Shown: positions 41,915 to 55,395, counted from the stretch's first letter. The stretch is DNA of 64,000 bases from the human T2T-CHM13v2.0 reference genome, Homo sapiens (GCF_009914755.1 NC_060926.1), one strand, 5' to 3'. Notes: generated from the letters alone by a model not told the origin. Translations and numbers: made by a program.

Positions 41915-44900
41915 GTTGTTCAGAATTATGCAGCTTAATTCCTACATATCTGTGAATTTTCTAGTTTGTGTCCTGTTATCAATTTCTAGTTTCATACAAT
42001 TGTGATCAGAAAAGATGATAGGATTTCAATTTTCTTAAATTTGTTCACACTTGTTTTGTGGCCTAACATATGATCTATCCTGGAGAATGTCCCATGGGTG
42101 CTTAAGAATAATGTATATTTCAATGCAGTTGAATAAAATGTTCTGTATATGTCTGTTAGGTTTATTTGGTCTAAAATGTAGTTCAAGTTCAATATTTTCT
42201 AATTAATTTCTGTCCAGATGATCTGTTCATTATTAAAAGTTGGAGTATTGAGGTCCTTCACTACTATTGTATTATTATCTCTCCTTTCACATATATTAAT
42301 ATTTGCTTTATATATTTAGGTACTCTGATGTTGAGTACATATGTATTTATGATTGCTATATTCTCTTGATAAATTGACCCTTTTATCATTATATAATGAC
42401 CTGCTTTGTCTCTTCTTACAGTTTGACTTGAAGTCTGTTTTATCTGGTATAAGTATGGCTACCATTGCTTTCTTTTCATTTCCATTTGCTTATAATATTT
42501 TTTTCCTATGCCTTCACTTTCAGTCTGTGTCCTGAAAGGTGAGGAGAGTTTCTTATAGGCATCATATAATTGGGTCTTATTTATTTATCCATTCAGCTAC
42601 CATCTTTTTGTTGGAGAATATAATCCATTTATATTCAAAATCATCAATCATAAGTAATGGCATACTACTGCTATTTTGTAATTTGTCTTCTGGTTGTTTT
42701 ATTTTGCTTTTTTCTGTGTTGCTTCCTTTGTGGTTTGATGGTTTTCTGTAGTGGAATGCTTTTAATCTTTTCTATTTATTTTTTCTGTATCTGCTATAGA
42801 GTATTGCTTTGTGGTTATCATGAGGCTCACATAGACATTGTATACATATAACAGGCTATTTCAAGCTGATAACAAATTAATTTTGATCTTACACCACAAT
42901 TCTACATTTTTACTCCCCTCCGCCATTTTACATTTTTGATGTCAAAATTTATATTATTTTGTAAACTGTCTTCTTTGACAATTTATTTTAGCTATAGCTG
43001 TTTTCATAGATTTGTCGTTTAACCATCATACTAGAGATGAAATTGCTTTACACACCACTATTACAGTCCTAGAGTATTCAGAATATGACTCTGTATTACT
43101 TATACCATGAGTTTTATGCTTTCTTTTGTTTTATGTTATTACTTAGCAGCATTTTGATTCAGCTTAAAGAATTTTTTTTAGAAATTCCTGTAAGAGGCAG
43201 GCTTAGCGGTGATGTACTCCATTACCTTTTGTTTGTCTGGGAAAGTTTTTGTCTCTTCCTCATTTATAAAGGACAGCTTTTCTGGGTAAATATTCTTGGT
43301 TGGTAAATTTTTCCCTTCAGCTTTGTATCATCCTGCTCTCTCATGGTCTGTAAGGTTTCTGCTGAGAAATCTGCTGATAGCTTTATTTGAACTACCTTGT
43401 ATATGATATGTTTCTTATCTCTTCCTGTTTTCACAATTTTTTCTTTTTCTTTGATTTTTGATAGTTTGATTCTTATGTGTCATGGTGAACTCCTCTTTAG
43501 GTTGAATTTGATTGGAGATCTCTGGGCTTCCCATACCTCAATATTTGTGCCTTTCCCCAGATATAGGAAGTCTTCAGCCATTATTTATTTAAATAGTTTT
43601 CTGGCTTCTTTTCTCTCCTGTTTCTGGAAATCCTATTCTATCAACTTTTTACCTCTTGATGATGTCTTATAATTTCTGTAAACTTTCTTCCTTCTTAATT
43701 TTTTTTTCGTTTTGGTCTTCTGCATAGATGATTTACAGTGTTCTATCTTTGAGTTCATTGATTCTTATGCTTTATTGAGCCTACTGTTGGAGTTATTTTG
43801 TTGCATTTTTTAGTTCAGTCATTGTATTCAGCTCAAAAATTTCTATTTGTTTTTTTTAAATTGCTTCTATTTCATTGTTAAACTTCTCATTGATTTCACA
43901 TGTTTTCTATTTGTTTAACTTTCTATGTGTATGTTTTTTGTTCACCTAACTTCTTTAAGAAGATTATTCTGAACTCTTTATCAGTCATTCCATAGACCTT
44001 CATTTCTGCAGGGTCTATTTTGGGGGCTTTATTATTTCCTTTTGGAGGAGTCATGATTCCCTTATTTTTGTGATCTTTGTGTCATTGTGTTGGTGTCTGT
44101 ACATTTGAGGAGACACTCACCTCTTTCACTTTTACAGATGTTATTAAGCAGAAATAGACCTTCACTGTTTCATGTAGCCTGTGATTCTGGATGGGCCAGC
44201 TGATAAGAACCCTGGGCAGGCAGAGCTTGCTTTTGGGTTCTCTAGATGGCTGGGCCACTGTCTTTGCTCTGAGTTTAGGTGGGGCTGCCGGCTGGATTCT
44301 GCAATCGGGCAGAGCTGATGGCTGGACACCACAATTGTCTCTGATTGGGATGGGTCATAGGGTGTATTTTCTGGCCAGGTGGTACCGCTGTTTGCATTCT
44401 GCAGTAAAATAGGGTTGCAGGCTAGGCCCTAAGGCTAGGTGGAGTCACTGCTTAGGATAGATGGCAGCAGCCACTATGCTCAGTAGAAATACACAGTTGA
44501 GGTTTGCCTCCCGGCCTGTGTAGGGAATTGAAGTGGGCTTTGAGGTTGGGCTGAGCCACTGTTTGAACTCCCAGGTAGGGAAGGTCTAGCCCCTGAACTT
44601 TGCCAAAATGCACCATGGCAGTCTCTTCCTCTGGGAAGAGCTTGGGGTGGTCTCTGAGGCTGAGTCAAGTGCTCTTTACACTTCCATGGGGGCAGATCTA
44701 TCTTCTGCCCTTTGCCAAAATGGGCTGTGGAGGGTGTCTTTCTCTCTGGGTGGGGCCTTTGGGTAGGGTCAAAGACTGGGCATGAGGCTGGCCATCTAGG
44801 GATACAAGCCAAGTAGAACTTCCCACCACTTGTGGGAACAACCAGCTTAGCTTTGCCAGTGTATTATGTATTGGCTGGTACCTCTGATGTGGTGCCACTG

Positions 44901-45969
44901 CTGGCAGGTACACAGAGCTACAACCAAGATTTCTGTGCTGATCTCTGTGAGCTCTTTTCCTTGCTTTGTTTCTACCTGACCCTAGGTGATCTAGTCATGC
45001 CATTACCCTCATTTTCCCCCATGAAGTAAGACTCCAGTGGGCTTCCTGGGAAGCATCTCAGAATACTTTGACAACTGGATATTTGCCTCTAGTTCTCTTT
45101 TTCTACTGTAGAAACTGTGGGCCCAGGATTATCCTCTCTGTTTGGTGCTGTGCCAAGTTGGGGAGGTGGGTGACACAGCCAAAGTGAAACTATTTCTCCT
45201 ACCCTTCTGATGCCATTTTTCACTGGATTCTGTTATCTATGAAGGTGTCTCAGGTTTATTCCCAAGTTTTGAGGTTTTCATAAAGGTGTTCTTGTCTGTG
45301 GATAGTTGCTAGTTGAACTTTCTGTAGTGTGTAGTGAGGACTGGGACCTCCTATTCTGCTATCTTGCTTACGCCACTCCCCGAACACATATTTATTTTAG
45401 TTCCTGATTCTTTGGTTTTGCTTAGTAGTTTTGCTGAATTAATTTGGGTTTTGGAGATCTCACTCTATGTCGACTGTTAGCACCAAGTCAGCTACAAACT
45501 TAACTGATCTTAATAGGCTCTCTTAAATGTCTGGTGCCTTGGCTAGGACAAATAAATATTACAATTAGATAAAATTCTGAGATGAAAATGTAATGAAAAC
45601 TTGGGACCAAAGATTAAAAGGAAATATTTAGAAAAGAGCTTATTCATTTATTTTTTAAAATAAGTGATAATGTGTATCAAATCTTTATACTATTAAGATT
45701 CTTTGAATATGTTTAAATGAGTGAAGTTATAGCTTTATTTCTGAATGTCAGTATTTATAATATACCTAAATTATATTTTTTGCAACTATTTCAACTTCTC
45801 ATGAACAATTTCAGATATCAAGATCAGGGTCCAGGTTTATTTTTTGCAGATGATTGGCCAATTGAGTCAGTACTATGTATCAGACAAACCATCCTTTTCC
45901 TACTGAATTGAGATATCACATTTGTCACTTAAATACTCTGGTTGAGTTTGAGGTTATCTATTCTCTTTA

Positions 45970-46510
45970 ACCTGTTTTTAACTATTTTTAAGTGTACAAT
46001 TTAGTAGCATTAAGTACATTTATATTGTTGTGGAACCATCACCACCATTTATCTCCAGAACTTTTTCATCTTCCCAAACTGAAACTCTATTCTCATTAAA
46101 CACTAACTCCCTATTCCCCCTCCTTCCAGCCCCTGGCAGCCACTGTTCTACTTTCTATCTTTATGAGTTTTACTTTCTATCTTTACTAATTCTATCTTTA
46201 TGAATTTGCATGTTATTCATATGCATGGGTATCCTTTTGTGACTGACTTATTTCACTTAGCATGATATTCATAAGGTTTATCCATGAACCTTACATTAGC
46301 ATAATGTTATATTAGCATAACCTTGTATTAGCATATATCAGAATTTCCTTCCTTTATAGGATGAATAATATTCCATTTTATCCATTCATCCATCAATGAA
46401 CACTTGAGTTACTTTCATCTTTTGGCTATTGTGGATAATGCTACTCTGAACATGGATATCCAAATACCTATTTGAGTCCCTGCTTTCAATTCTTTTGGAT
46501 ATATACCCAA
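45970..46510 (-). mobile_element. L1MB 3' end
   Basis: TTTTAAGTGTACAATTTAGTAGCATTAAGTACATT..CTCCAGAACTTTTTCATCTTCCCAAACTGAAACTCT. Confidence 0.85.
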
Positions 46511-46836
46511 TAACTGAAATGTTTTGCCTATTGCTATGCCAATATCATACTTATTTCTTAGCATTTTGTGATTTTTGTTTCCAATTAAAAGCAATCATTT
46601 TATTATTTATACTTCTAGATGCTTATTGCTATTACAAAAAGCTATTGATTTTGTATATTTTGTTGAACATAATCACCTTATTATAATGATTCCTGTATTA
46701 TTTACAATAGAATTTTATTATAGTTTCTTGGGATTGTTTTGTTGTATTCCCTAGTAGTTTGTTTAAACTTTATATGTGCACACACTTGGTGTTAGAGTTA
46801 TGCTTAGCTTATTAAATAATTAACGGGATTTTCCAC

Positions 46837-47178
46837 TGTGGCAGTCATGGAGGGTCACTGTTCTGGTCACCTCTTAAAAAAGAACTTACCATTTGATTGC
46901 AAGGAGTGCAGTTAGCTGATAGCCTCCAGCTGTAAGTGCCTTCAGAATCTAAGCTTTTGAGCTGAGCCCATGCTTTTCTTGGGAAGCCAGAGCCAATGAC
47001 TGGGCATGGTGCAGACACAAGGTCCTGGCCATTTCTGTCCAATACCAGACTTTGCTAATGGGCAGCATTTGCTGTGGAGGTGCCATTTGTATAACTGAAA
47101 CTCTGTCAGATCTGCATGATAATCTGAGGCTCTCTTTGCCCAATCCTGTTTCCTCCTCATATTATCCTTTTTAGGTGT
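46837..47178 (+). mobile_element. LTR16-like (ERVL) LTR
   Basis: GGAGTGCAGTTAGCTGATAGCCTCCAGCTG..AGCCAATGACTG..CTGGCCATTTCTG..TCTGAGGCTCT. Confidence 0.75.
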
Positions 47179-47596
47179 TGCCTTAGTCTGTTTCCTGTCT
47201 ATAACAGAATACCTGAAGGTGGATAGTTTATAAAAGAACAAAATAATTTGTTTCTTACATTACGGAGGCCAAGAAGTCCGAGGCTGAGGGGCTGTGTCTA
47301 GTATGAACCTGCTTACTGGTCAGGACTCTCTGTGGAGTCCCAAAGCAACAAATGGCATCACGTGGTTAGGGGCTGAGTGTGCTAACTCAGGTCTCTCTTC
47401 TCCTTCTTACAAAGCCATCAGTCCCATTCTCATGACAAGCCATTGATCCATTAATCTATGCATTAATTAATCCATTCATGAAGGCAGGGTCATCATGACC
47501 CAGCCACCTCTTAAAGGCCCCCCTTTTCAGTACTGCCACATTGGGGATTAAATTTCAACATGAATTTTGGAGGGAACAAATATTCAAACCATAGCA
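47179..47596 (-). mobile_element. MSTC-like MaLR LTR
   Basis: TGCCTTAGTCTG..ATAACAGAATACC..CACATTGGGGATTAAATTTCAACATG..TTCAAACCATAGCA. Confidence 0.8.
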
Positions 47597-47633
47597 GACC
47601 TCTTACACTCCGAATTGAGAGAACTATCTACAG

Positions 47634-47718
47634 TTCAAGATTATGACTGATATGCAAAAGATCATATACGGATTGGCAGTAAAACACATTTTAAAATGGA
47701 CATGGGGTGTGTACAAAG
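47634..47718 (+). pseudogene. Candidate fossil exon
   Basis: CTACAG| acceptor, AAAG|GTAAAT donor; stop-free FKIMTDMQKIIYGLAVKHILKWTWGVYK. Confidence 0.45.
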
Positions 47719-47954
47719 GTAAATTCCTAATAATTATTATGAAAATCATGCACCCTACCCAAATATCCCAGGAGTAAATGAACCAGTGAATTAATTTGTA
47801 TCTTATTAACCAGTTCAAATTACTCTTGCCCATTCTCTAAATATATGGAAGTAATTTCTTCTTGCATTGAATAATTCACTTTCACATTCATTGATTTGTT
47901 TTAATACCTAGGATGCAGAACAGGTATTATGGATGAATAAATAGAATTCTTAAA

Positions 47955-48115
47955 AATTCAGATCCTGCTGCTGACTAGATAGGTGAACTTGGGCAAGCTG
48001 TTACACCATTCTGAGGCTTATGCATACAGGAAATATTTATCTGCAGGTTCATTTTAAAAGTTAAATATTATGTAAATAAAGTGCCAGGAGAGTGTCTAGC
48101 AAATAGTAAGTCCCA
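47955..48115 (+). mobile_element. MIR
   Basis: GTGAACTTGGGCAAGCTGTTACACCATTCTGAGGCT..TAAATAAAGTGCC core. Confidence 0.65.
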
Positions 48116-48642
48116 AATGTATTCTATAATTTTTTTTTTTGTTATAAATGGGGTCTCAAGGTCACATACTAAGTGCAGAGCCACTCATGTACTTGTTTCA
48201 TTACTCCTAATCTGGAGCTTTTTGTTTCATTATGCTGGTTCTAGGTAAGTAGAAGGATAGGTGAGATGATAGAGTGGTTGGTTGAGGGGACCTCAGAGAA
48301 GAGACCTTTAAGAAGGAAGAGGTGATATCTTAACTGAGAATGTTAGGCCAATGTCTCTGGTTCCTTTTGGCTAAAGGCTCAGAAAGGAGAAATGCCCCCA
48401 AGCTGGTATTTAATTTATATTTATATTTGAGCAGAAATGCTTCCAAACTGATATTTCATTTTATGTTTATGTCTATATATGATTTACATTTATATTATAT
48501 GATAATTATACATTTGTTCAAATGTGATTACTACTTTTTTATGCTATATTGTAAACTGCAAAATTATGTGTTTTTATAAACACATTAAACACAATAAACA
48601 ATAATGTGTTTTTATAAGTTAATCCCATGTTTTCTTATCCAG

Positions 48643-48721
48643 TTTATCTCAAGTTGAAGAACATCTGAGGTCAGAAAGTAGTAGTGGATCCATAGGAGAA
48701 GCATAGTACATCTTTTCCAGG
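48643..48721 (+). pseudogene. Candidate fossil exon (3' end uncertain)
   Basis: ATGTTTTCTTATCCAG| acceptor; a phase-1 join to 47718 gives VYLKLKNI*GQKVVVDP*. Confidence 0.3.
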
Positions 48722-49062
48722 GTGTTAATTTTACTTAAAAATAGTGTAGTAACATAGCATAACTTTTACACTAAAATAAATAAAAGCATATTATGGTGTA
48801 AAACAAAATTTACATATTTTAAAATAAAATCTGAAGCTTTGACAAATTTTATGACTATAGAATGATCCTTGTGCTAATGTTCACTCTAAGAGATATTTTG
48901 GTGGAATATCTTGAGAAATAGTTGGGAGATTAATAATTTGGGGAAAAATATTTTCTGTTTTTATTCCAGTGTTCTTTTTTTATTTTACAAAGTCGAATTT
49001 TTAAAATTTACATTCTTTCTTGTAATCGAATAATCTCTTTAGTTTTAAGATTATCTTGCCAG

Positions 49063-49144
49063 AAATTTAAGGAAAATAAAAAGTGCTTTGACATCTTCTG
49101 GAGCATTAACAGAGACTCAAAATATCATATTTGCTATTCTGTAG
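49063..49144 (+). pseudogene. Fossil exon
   Basis: TTATCTTGCCAG| acceptor, TAG|GTAATG donor; KFKENK then frameshift KVL*HLLEH*QRLKISYLLFCR, ending phase 2. Confidence 0.5.
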
Positions 49145-49399
49145 GTAATGTGTGTGTGTATATATATATATATATATACATATATATACTTTTTCTGATT
49201 TATGTTCAAGTAGTTTGAAGTAAAGCTATATTAGTTACATTGTAACATTTTCCAATTGAATTGCAATGACGTCTTTTAGATGTTTAGTGAAAGACTGTTA
49301 AAATTTCATCGAAGTAAGGGGAAAAATATCAATTTTTCCTTATAGTAATTTTTTTGTACCTATAAACGTATACCTATTGCTGCCTTATAAAGTTCAACA

Positions 49400-49418
49400 T
49401 ATCCTCCAGGGGGCAGTA
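49400..49418 (+). promoter_or_regulatory. CTCF motif
   Basis: TATCCTCCAGGGGGCAGTA vs core CC(A/T)CYAGRKGGCRSY; isolated GC-rich word in AT-rich unique DNA. Confidence 0.65.
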
Positions 49419-49438
49419 GATGCAATAGTAAATGTATT

Positions 49439-49458
49439 TATGTTATGCAAATGCAAAT
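49439..49458 (+). promoter_or_regulatory. Overlapping POU octamers / Sox-Oct-like element
   Basis: TATGTTATGCAAATGCAAAT: ATGCAAAT at 49445 and 49451. Confidence 0.35.
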
Positions 49459-49563
49459 GACATGTGGAGAAGTAATGAGATGGGAAGGCAGCATTCTGAC
49501 ACCATGGTGGTCATGCTGGAGTCATTGTCGCTGGACAGCGTCCTGGTAAATGTGTCTTCCTAG

Positions 49564-49642
49564 GGATGTGAGTCTAGATCAAGCAGTTTGGCTGGAATGC
49601 ACTTGGAATCTTAAAAGCTCTTTTGAGTGAGAAATCATCAAG
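49564..49642 (+). pseudogene. Fossil exon (RGS helix 6-like)
   Basis: TGTCTTCCTAG| acceptor, AAG|GTAAGA donor; phase-2 start gives DVSLDQAVWLECTWNLKSSFE*EIIK (cf. EVNID.......NL). Confidence 0.6.
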
Positions 49643-49660
49643 GTAAGATTTGCAGAACCA

Positions 49661-49765
49661 GTATATATATATATATGTGTGTGTGTGTATATATATATAT
49701 GTGTGTGTGTATATCTATACACACATATATATGTGTGTGTATATATATATATATACATATATATT
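49661..49765. repeat. Compound (TA)n/(TG)n microsatellite (another at 49149-49188)
   Basis: Directly visible. Confidence 0.95.
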
Positions 49766-50199
49766 TTTTCATTTTTCAAGAATTCCCGGTTCATTTCACT
49801 CTATACAAGGGAATAGACAAGTAAAGTCATATTTATATATACTCATTGCAACTGTAGAATGGGCACAAATCCTATACAATGCTAAACTGTGCTGAGGATA
49901 TCTAGGCTGCATGTCCTAAGAGAAAGTGTATGTTCAAAATTATGTCATTGAAGACCAGCACACATATATCATTTGTTCAGGACCTAGGACACAGTCTAGG
50001 CTGGAGAAACCCTGATTGGGTACTTGAATTCACTCTGGCTGATTCTAGGGTAAACTGTAAGCCTCCAAGGCAGCCTGAGGAGTCCTATATATTCTAAAAT
50101 ATTTGGTTCTAATCCAATATACACCTAATATTTCAGTCCTTCATTGTTTCTAACCTATTCTATTGATGTGCCATATCTATGTGTCTTTTGCCTCCTTGT

Positions 50200-50770
50200 G
50201 AAGGAAAATCTCTAAATATATTTATAATCACTTTAAATAGCTGTCTAATGCTAGTTGATCTGTATTCACTGCTTATTCAACATCTCAAAATAGAATTGAT
50301 TTTCTTAGAATGAAACCTGCTCCTTTTAAAGCATTTTCAATCTCAATTCTTGACATCACTGTCTATCTAGCTGTTCAAGGAGGAGGTATATTGTTTTTAG
50401 ACACCTCTTTGCATTTTAGCTTTCATATCACATTGATCACTAAGATTTACCAGTTTTATCTCCCACATGTCCATTCAGGCCAGCAACCTCATACTTAATG
50501 TCCCTGCTTCTAGTCTTGCCTCATTTTCATTAATGCTGTTTGCTAATACAGGGTGTTCTTTCTAAAAGTAGTTGGACTATTTTTAAGTTTCAGTTCTTTG
50601 AATTATACACAATTTGTTACAGGATAAGTTTCAAAAATTTTTAGCAGAGCATACAAGGTGTTTCAGGATCTGTCTCTGGTTGCCTTCAGATCCTCATCTC
50701 CTCTGCCCATTCTCCATCCCCCCACATCATGTGTGCACAATGAACTGAATATTTTCATGCAGTTTGAGAA
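50200..50770 (+). mobile_element. L2 remnant (further pieces to ~52200)
   Basis: CAACATCTCAAAATAGAATTGATT..ATCTCAATTCTTGACATCACTGTCTATCTAGCTGTTCAAG. Confidence 0.6.
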
Positions 50771-50779
50771 CATTCACAT

Positions 50780-51290
50780 ATGATAAATTAAATTTACTCA
50801 TCTTGGGGTAGATTTCTATAAATTTTGACAATTACATATAGTAATGTAACCACAACAGTAATTGAGATACAGAAAAGTTTCATCATCCTAAAAAAGCACC
50901 TCATGCCATCCCTTTGTAATAAAGCTCTTTGTAGTCTAAGCTTTAGAGCTGAGCCCATGCTTTTCTTGGGAAGCCACAGCCAATGACTGAGCATGGTGCA
51001 GACACAAAGTCCTGGCCATTTCTGCGCAATACCAGACTTTGCTAATGGGCAGTATTTGCTGTGGAGATGCCATCGATATAACTGAAACTCTGTCAGATCT
51101 TCATGATAATCTGAGGCTCTCTTTGCCCAATCTTTATCCCCAAGCACTGGTGAATTCTGGTCTGTGTTTAGTCCCTATAGCTTTACCTTTAACAGAATGT
51201 CAAATAAATGGAGCTGTACAGTATATAGCCTTTTAAATCTCTTTCACTTAGCATAAAGGATTTAAGATTTATTCATATCGTAGTTCTCAA
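50780..51290 (-). mobile_element. L1MC/ME-type 3' end carrying a 198-bp duplicated LTR16 segment
   Basis: TGTAACCACAACAGTAATTGAGATACAGAAAAGTTTCATCATCC..TTACCTTTAACAGAATGTCAAATAAATGGA. Confidence 0.7.
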
Positions 51291-51538
51291 TCATTTATAT
51301 TTACCCCAAGCAAGACAGTCACTCCCACTAACTTCTCATGTCTTCATGACTTTGAGCATTCTTTTGTTTCTGAAATTCCTCGTTAAACTGCTGAACATCT
51401 GCTCATTTTAAAAAAATACAAACATCTTCAGCTCATTTGTCATTAAACATGACTACTTCAGGCCAACTTAGATATTATTTTTTCTATAATACTACATTGC
51501 ATTGCAGTGATTTGTGTAGTTGCTTGTTTCTTCTACTC

Positions 51539-51698
51539 CAGGGATGGGTAAACTACAGCATGTGGGCTATGTCCACAGGCCAAATCAGCTCACTCCACCA
51601 ATCTGCCCCCCAGCTTTATGTGACAGAGATAGTATGTGGCCTACAAAACCTAAAAGATTTGTCAAATAGCTCTTTACAGAGAAAATTTGGCATCTCCT
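51539..51698. mobile_element. MER58-like hAT MITE, internally deleted
   Basis: CAGGGATGGGTAAACTAC..GTGGCCTACAAAACCTAAAA..CTTTACAGAGAAAATTTG. Confidence 0.65.
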
Positions 51699-53100
51699 AC
51701 TCCACTTGACTATGAAATCTTTGCATCCCCACAATGTAACTTTATCAGTTAGGGGCTTGGTTAGGAAAACAGAAACGATGTTACATATTTTAACACAGAA
51801 AGTTTTAATATAATGATATGGTTATAAAAATGTTAGAAGGGTGGGAGAAGCATATAGGAAATGTATTAACCAGAGCCCTGGAACCAAAACTCCTATTGTC
51901 CTTATAAGAGCTGGAAATCAGCACTTCTGCTTTGCAGCTACCAAAAGTAAACAAAAAAGAATGGCTCCTATCTTCTTTCTTCTTTCTAATCTGATGTGAG
52001 TACCTCCAAATGACAGAATCTACCAGAAATCAGTTGGCAATGAAGTCTGAGAAACATCATTTTCAAGTTACTACTCCCAGTAGTTCTAGGGAGAATATAG
52101 AGATGTGAGTATGTAGGAGCTGAGTGTCAATGGACTGTATTGGGCACACTGGCATACTGTTGTACATAGTAGGTGCTTAGTAAAGATTATTGAATTAAAT
52201 GAATATTTGGAGCATTTGGTATACTAAATAAGAATTTCACAGAATACCTAGATTAATAAAACCAGTTCTTGCACACTGGCATACTGTTGTATTAAAGTAC
52301 TTAAGTTTTAAAAAGTAGGATAAATTATATTATTCCATAAACAGAGTAATTTACCTAACAAATCCATACTTCAATTATAAACTCCAGTCTAATCCATGTC
52401 CAAAATTCCATGATTAGAATTTCATAGCAGCTTTATTGCAAGTACTAAAATACAAGTTCTTAAATTGGCCCTTGGAAAGATTATGTACCTTAGCATTAAC
52501 TTTATACCCAACACCATTTGTTAAAAGAGTAATATTTCTTGCCCCCAACCCTTGCCCTCACCTCACATGCCACATTATGTTCCAAATCCAAGCCTGGGAC
52601 ATGCATGCACAATGCTCTACTCTTAATAGAGTCAGTGGAACCATGTGGTGGCTATGTACTAGAGATCAAACTTGACTGGAGGTCTCAACTAGCTAATTTC
52701 TCTATCAAGTTTCACATGCTGTATATACCAATCACATTTTGCATAGATGGAGGAGTATGTGTAAATATGGCCTATTAGTAGACTTTTGGTTTCCATTTAA
52801 GTGGGAGGAATTATTAGAATGAAGATTTAAAGTGGCATTCTTATTTTAAAATTAAATCATGTACATATAAGTCTGCCACAGTTAGCACCCAAAATTCAGT
52901 GTGACCTTTATGGCAGCTGGTGATACTCTAATATTTCTGAGTAGTACATAAAAGGTGAAAGGGTGTATCTCCTTTCAATGTGCATATGTAAGTGCAATAA
53001 GTATTAATAGGAGTACATACTTGTAGATAATCCTGGAATGTATATCTAGATTTATAATTAGGAACAGTTATGTGAAACTGATATAAATGTCTGTCATCAG

Positions 53101-53184
53101 TGGTGTTTGATTATCAATTTCCCTTGTGCATTTTGCAAGGACTATAAGTATATGGTAGCTTGCTTTTCTCAGATTTTATAACAG
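53101..53184 (+). pseudogene. Fossil exon (RGS helices 2-3-like)
   Basis: CTGTCATCAG| acceptor, CAG|GTAATG donor; 84 nt, phase 1-1: VFDYQFPLCILQGL*VYGSLLFSDFIT (cf. LL..KYG...F..FL). Confidence 0.65.
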
Positions 53185-54414
53185 GTAATGAAAGAGTGTT
53201 TAGAATTTCTTTACATTCTTTCATATACAATTATATTTGTTTGGCATCTATGAATTTAGATGCAAGGGTGCTTTTTTATTTGTTTTATTTTGCAAAGTCC
53301 AACAAGGCATTATAGAATTTTGAAATGTAATTTTGTGTATGAAATTCAATTCTTAACTGCCTTTTTTTAGTAACCCCAAAAGAAATCTCAAATAGTTATT
53401 TTATTATATTCTCCTGCTCTCTGCACATATCTCCCTGACTTCCTGGCTCTCTTAATTTTTCATTCTTTGCTTAGCTTTTTTATTATCCTTATTCCCTGCT
53501 ATATGCTTCAGTTATGAGATATATACAAAAATTCATGAGGAGAAGTAAACATAAAAGGATGTTTGTATGGAGGGTTTCAGATGGTTTTACTTTTTCCTTC
53601 ATTTTTTCTGTATTGTTTGAGGGGGATAAGCATTAGAAAAATGAAGAAATGATTATTTGAATCACAAAGAAAACTAGCATTAATGTTTTAGGATCTTTAA
53701 GAACTTGGTTAGTAGAATTCTTAAGGTACAGGCTCTAAAGACTAGCCTAGTTTTCCCATGAATAGATTAGTTTTCAAATGAATTGGTTTGACTTGTTCAG
53801 AATGTTGTTCTTCTTAAGTGTTCATGAAAAAATTCACTGAATTTTGGTAAGATCTTTGCATTTTATATCTCAGACAAAATGATAACTACCTTTTTTTTTA
53901 ACTGAATTGTCATTGTGAAGGCAGAAACCATACCTGTTTTTTCCTCAGTCATATTCTCTATGCTTTTAGCTTCAGTAGATATTTGTTATTTAACATATAA
54001 GTATACTTAGTAATTAAGAAACATTCCAGCATAAAAATGGTAAAGTATACAAAGTACATTATTATGTAAATATAAAGTAGTGCAATGCACAAACACAAAT
54101 GGCCAATAATCATGAAAGGTGTTATACCTCATTAAGAATCAAATAATATAGATGGAAAAAACCTATATATCTTTTTTCCAAAGATTCAAAATACTTGATT
54201 ATCTTCAGGATTGGCAAAGGAATAGGGAAAAATGAGCACTTTCATTCTCTATTGATAAAATGAAAATTACTTCAGTTCATTCTGGAAAGCAGTTTGGAAA
54301 TATGTACCAAAGATAGAAGATATGGAGCTTTTGTTCCCATAGTACCATAGGTAGGAATTTATTTTAAGGAGATATTCGAGTGTGGGGAGGTGTGGTAAGA
54401 TGTACCTGTAAGGA

Positions 54415-54710
<296 letters not shown>

Positions 54711-54936
54711 ACATGTAGGGATGTTTATGGCAGCATTCATTATATCATAGAAGAATTCGAGCTCTAAATATTCAAGAAATCTATTAAACAAGCTGTGATT
54801 CCTTTATATAAAGAAATACCACACAGCCATTAAATGATGTAGATCTATATTTATTGATCTATAAAAATGTTAATGATACATTGTTGAGTGAAAAAACAGG
54901 TTACAATACAGCATGTGTGGAATGATTGCTGTGTAT

Positions 54937-55140
54937 CAGAGGTTGGCAAGCTTTTAGTTGTAAAAGGTCAGGTAGTAAACATTTTAAGTTTTGTGGGTTG
55001 TATAGTCTCTGTCATATTACTCAACTCTCCTATTGTAGTGCAAAAGTAGCCAGGGACATGTGTAAAAAAGTGAGCATGGCTATGTTCCAATAAAACTTTA
55101 TTTACAGAAACAGGCAGCTGCTTAAGTTTGCTGGCCCCTA
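54937..55140. mobile_element. MER58A
   Basis: CAGAGGTTGGCAAGCTTTT..TGTTCCAATAAAACTTTATTTACAGAAACAGGC..AGTTTGCTGGCCCCT. Confidence 0.85.
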
Positions 55141-55395
55141 GGATATATGTAAAAATATGTGTGTGTTTATAAACACACACGTACACACCCATGCATACAC
55201 ACACAGACTGAGCGAGAGAATATACATTTCTAGAAGAATGTTTACCCAAATGTTAACAGTAGATGGCTCTGCATGGGGAATTCTAGGTGATTTTCATTAC
55301 TTTATATTTTTCTGTATTATATGATTTTTATAGGCACTAGGAAATGTCATAAAAATTATTATTTCATGAAAAGACAGAGCCTATTTACCCTTCAG

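Noticed and set aside
49480-49563. Short ORF MGRQHSDTMVVMLESLSLDSVLVNVSS and REST-like GGACAGCG
   Set aside because: 27 codons with no recognisable homology; only a REST right half-site.
53173-53184. 12-nt neural microexon-like unit (TGCTTTTCTCAG|ATTTTATAACAG|GTAATG)
   Set aside because: Better explained as the 3' end of the 84-nt fossil exon, whose LLFSDF codons supply the pyrimidines; use as an alternative acceptor cannot be excluded.
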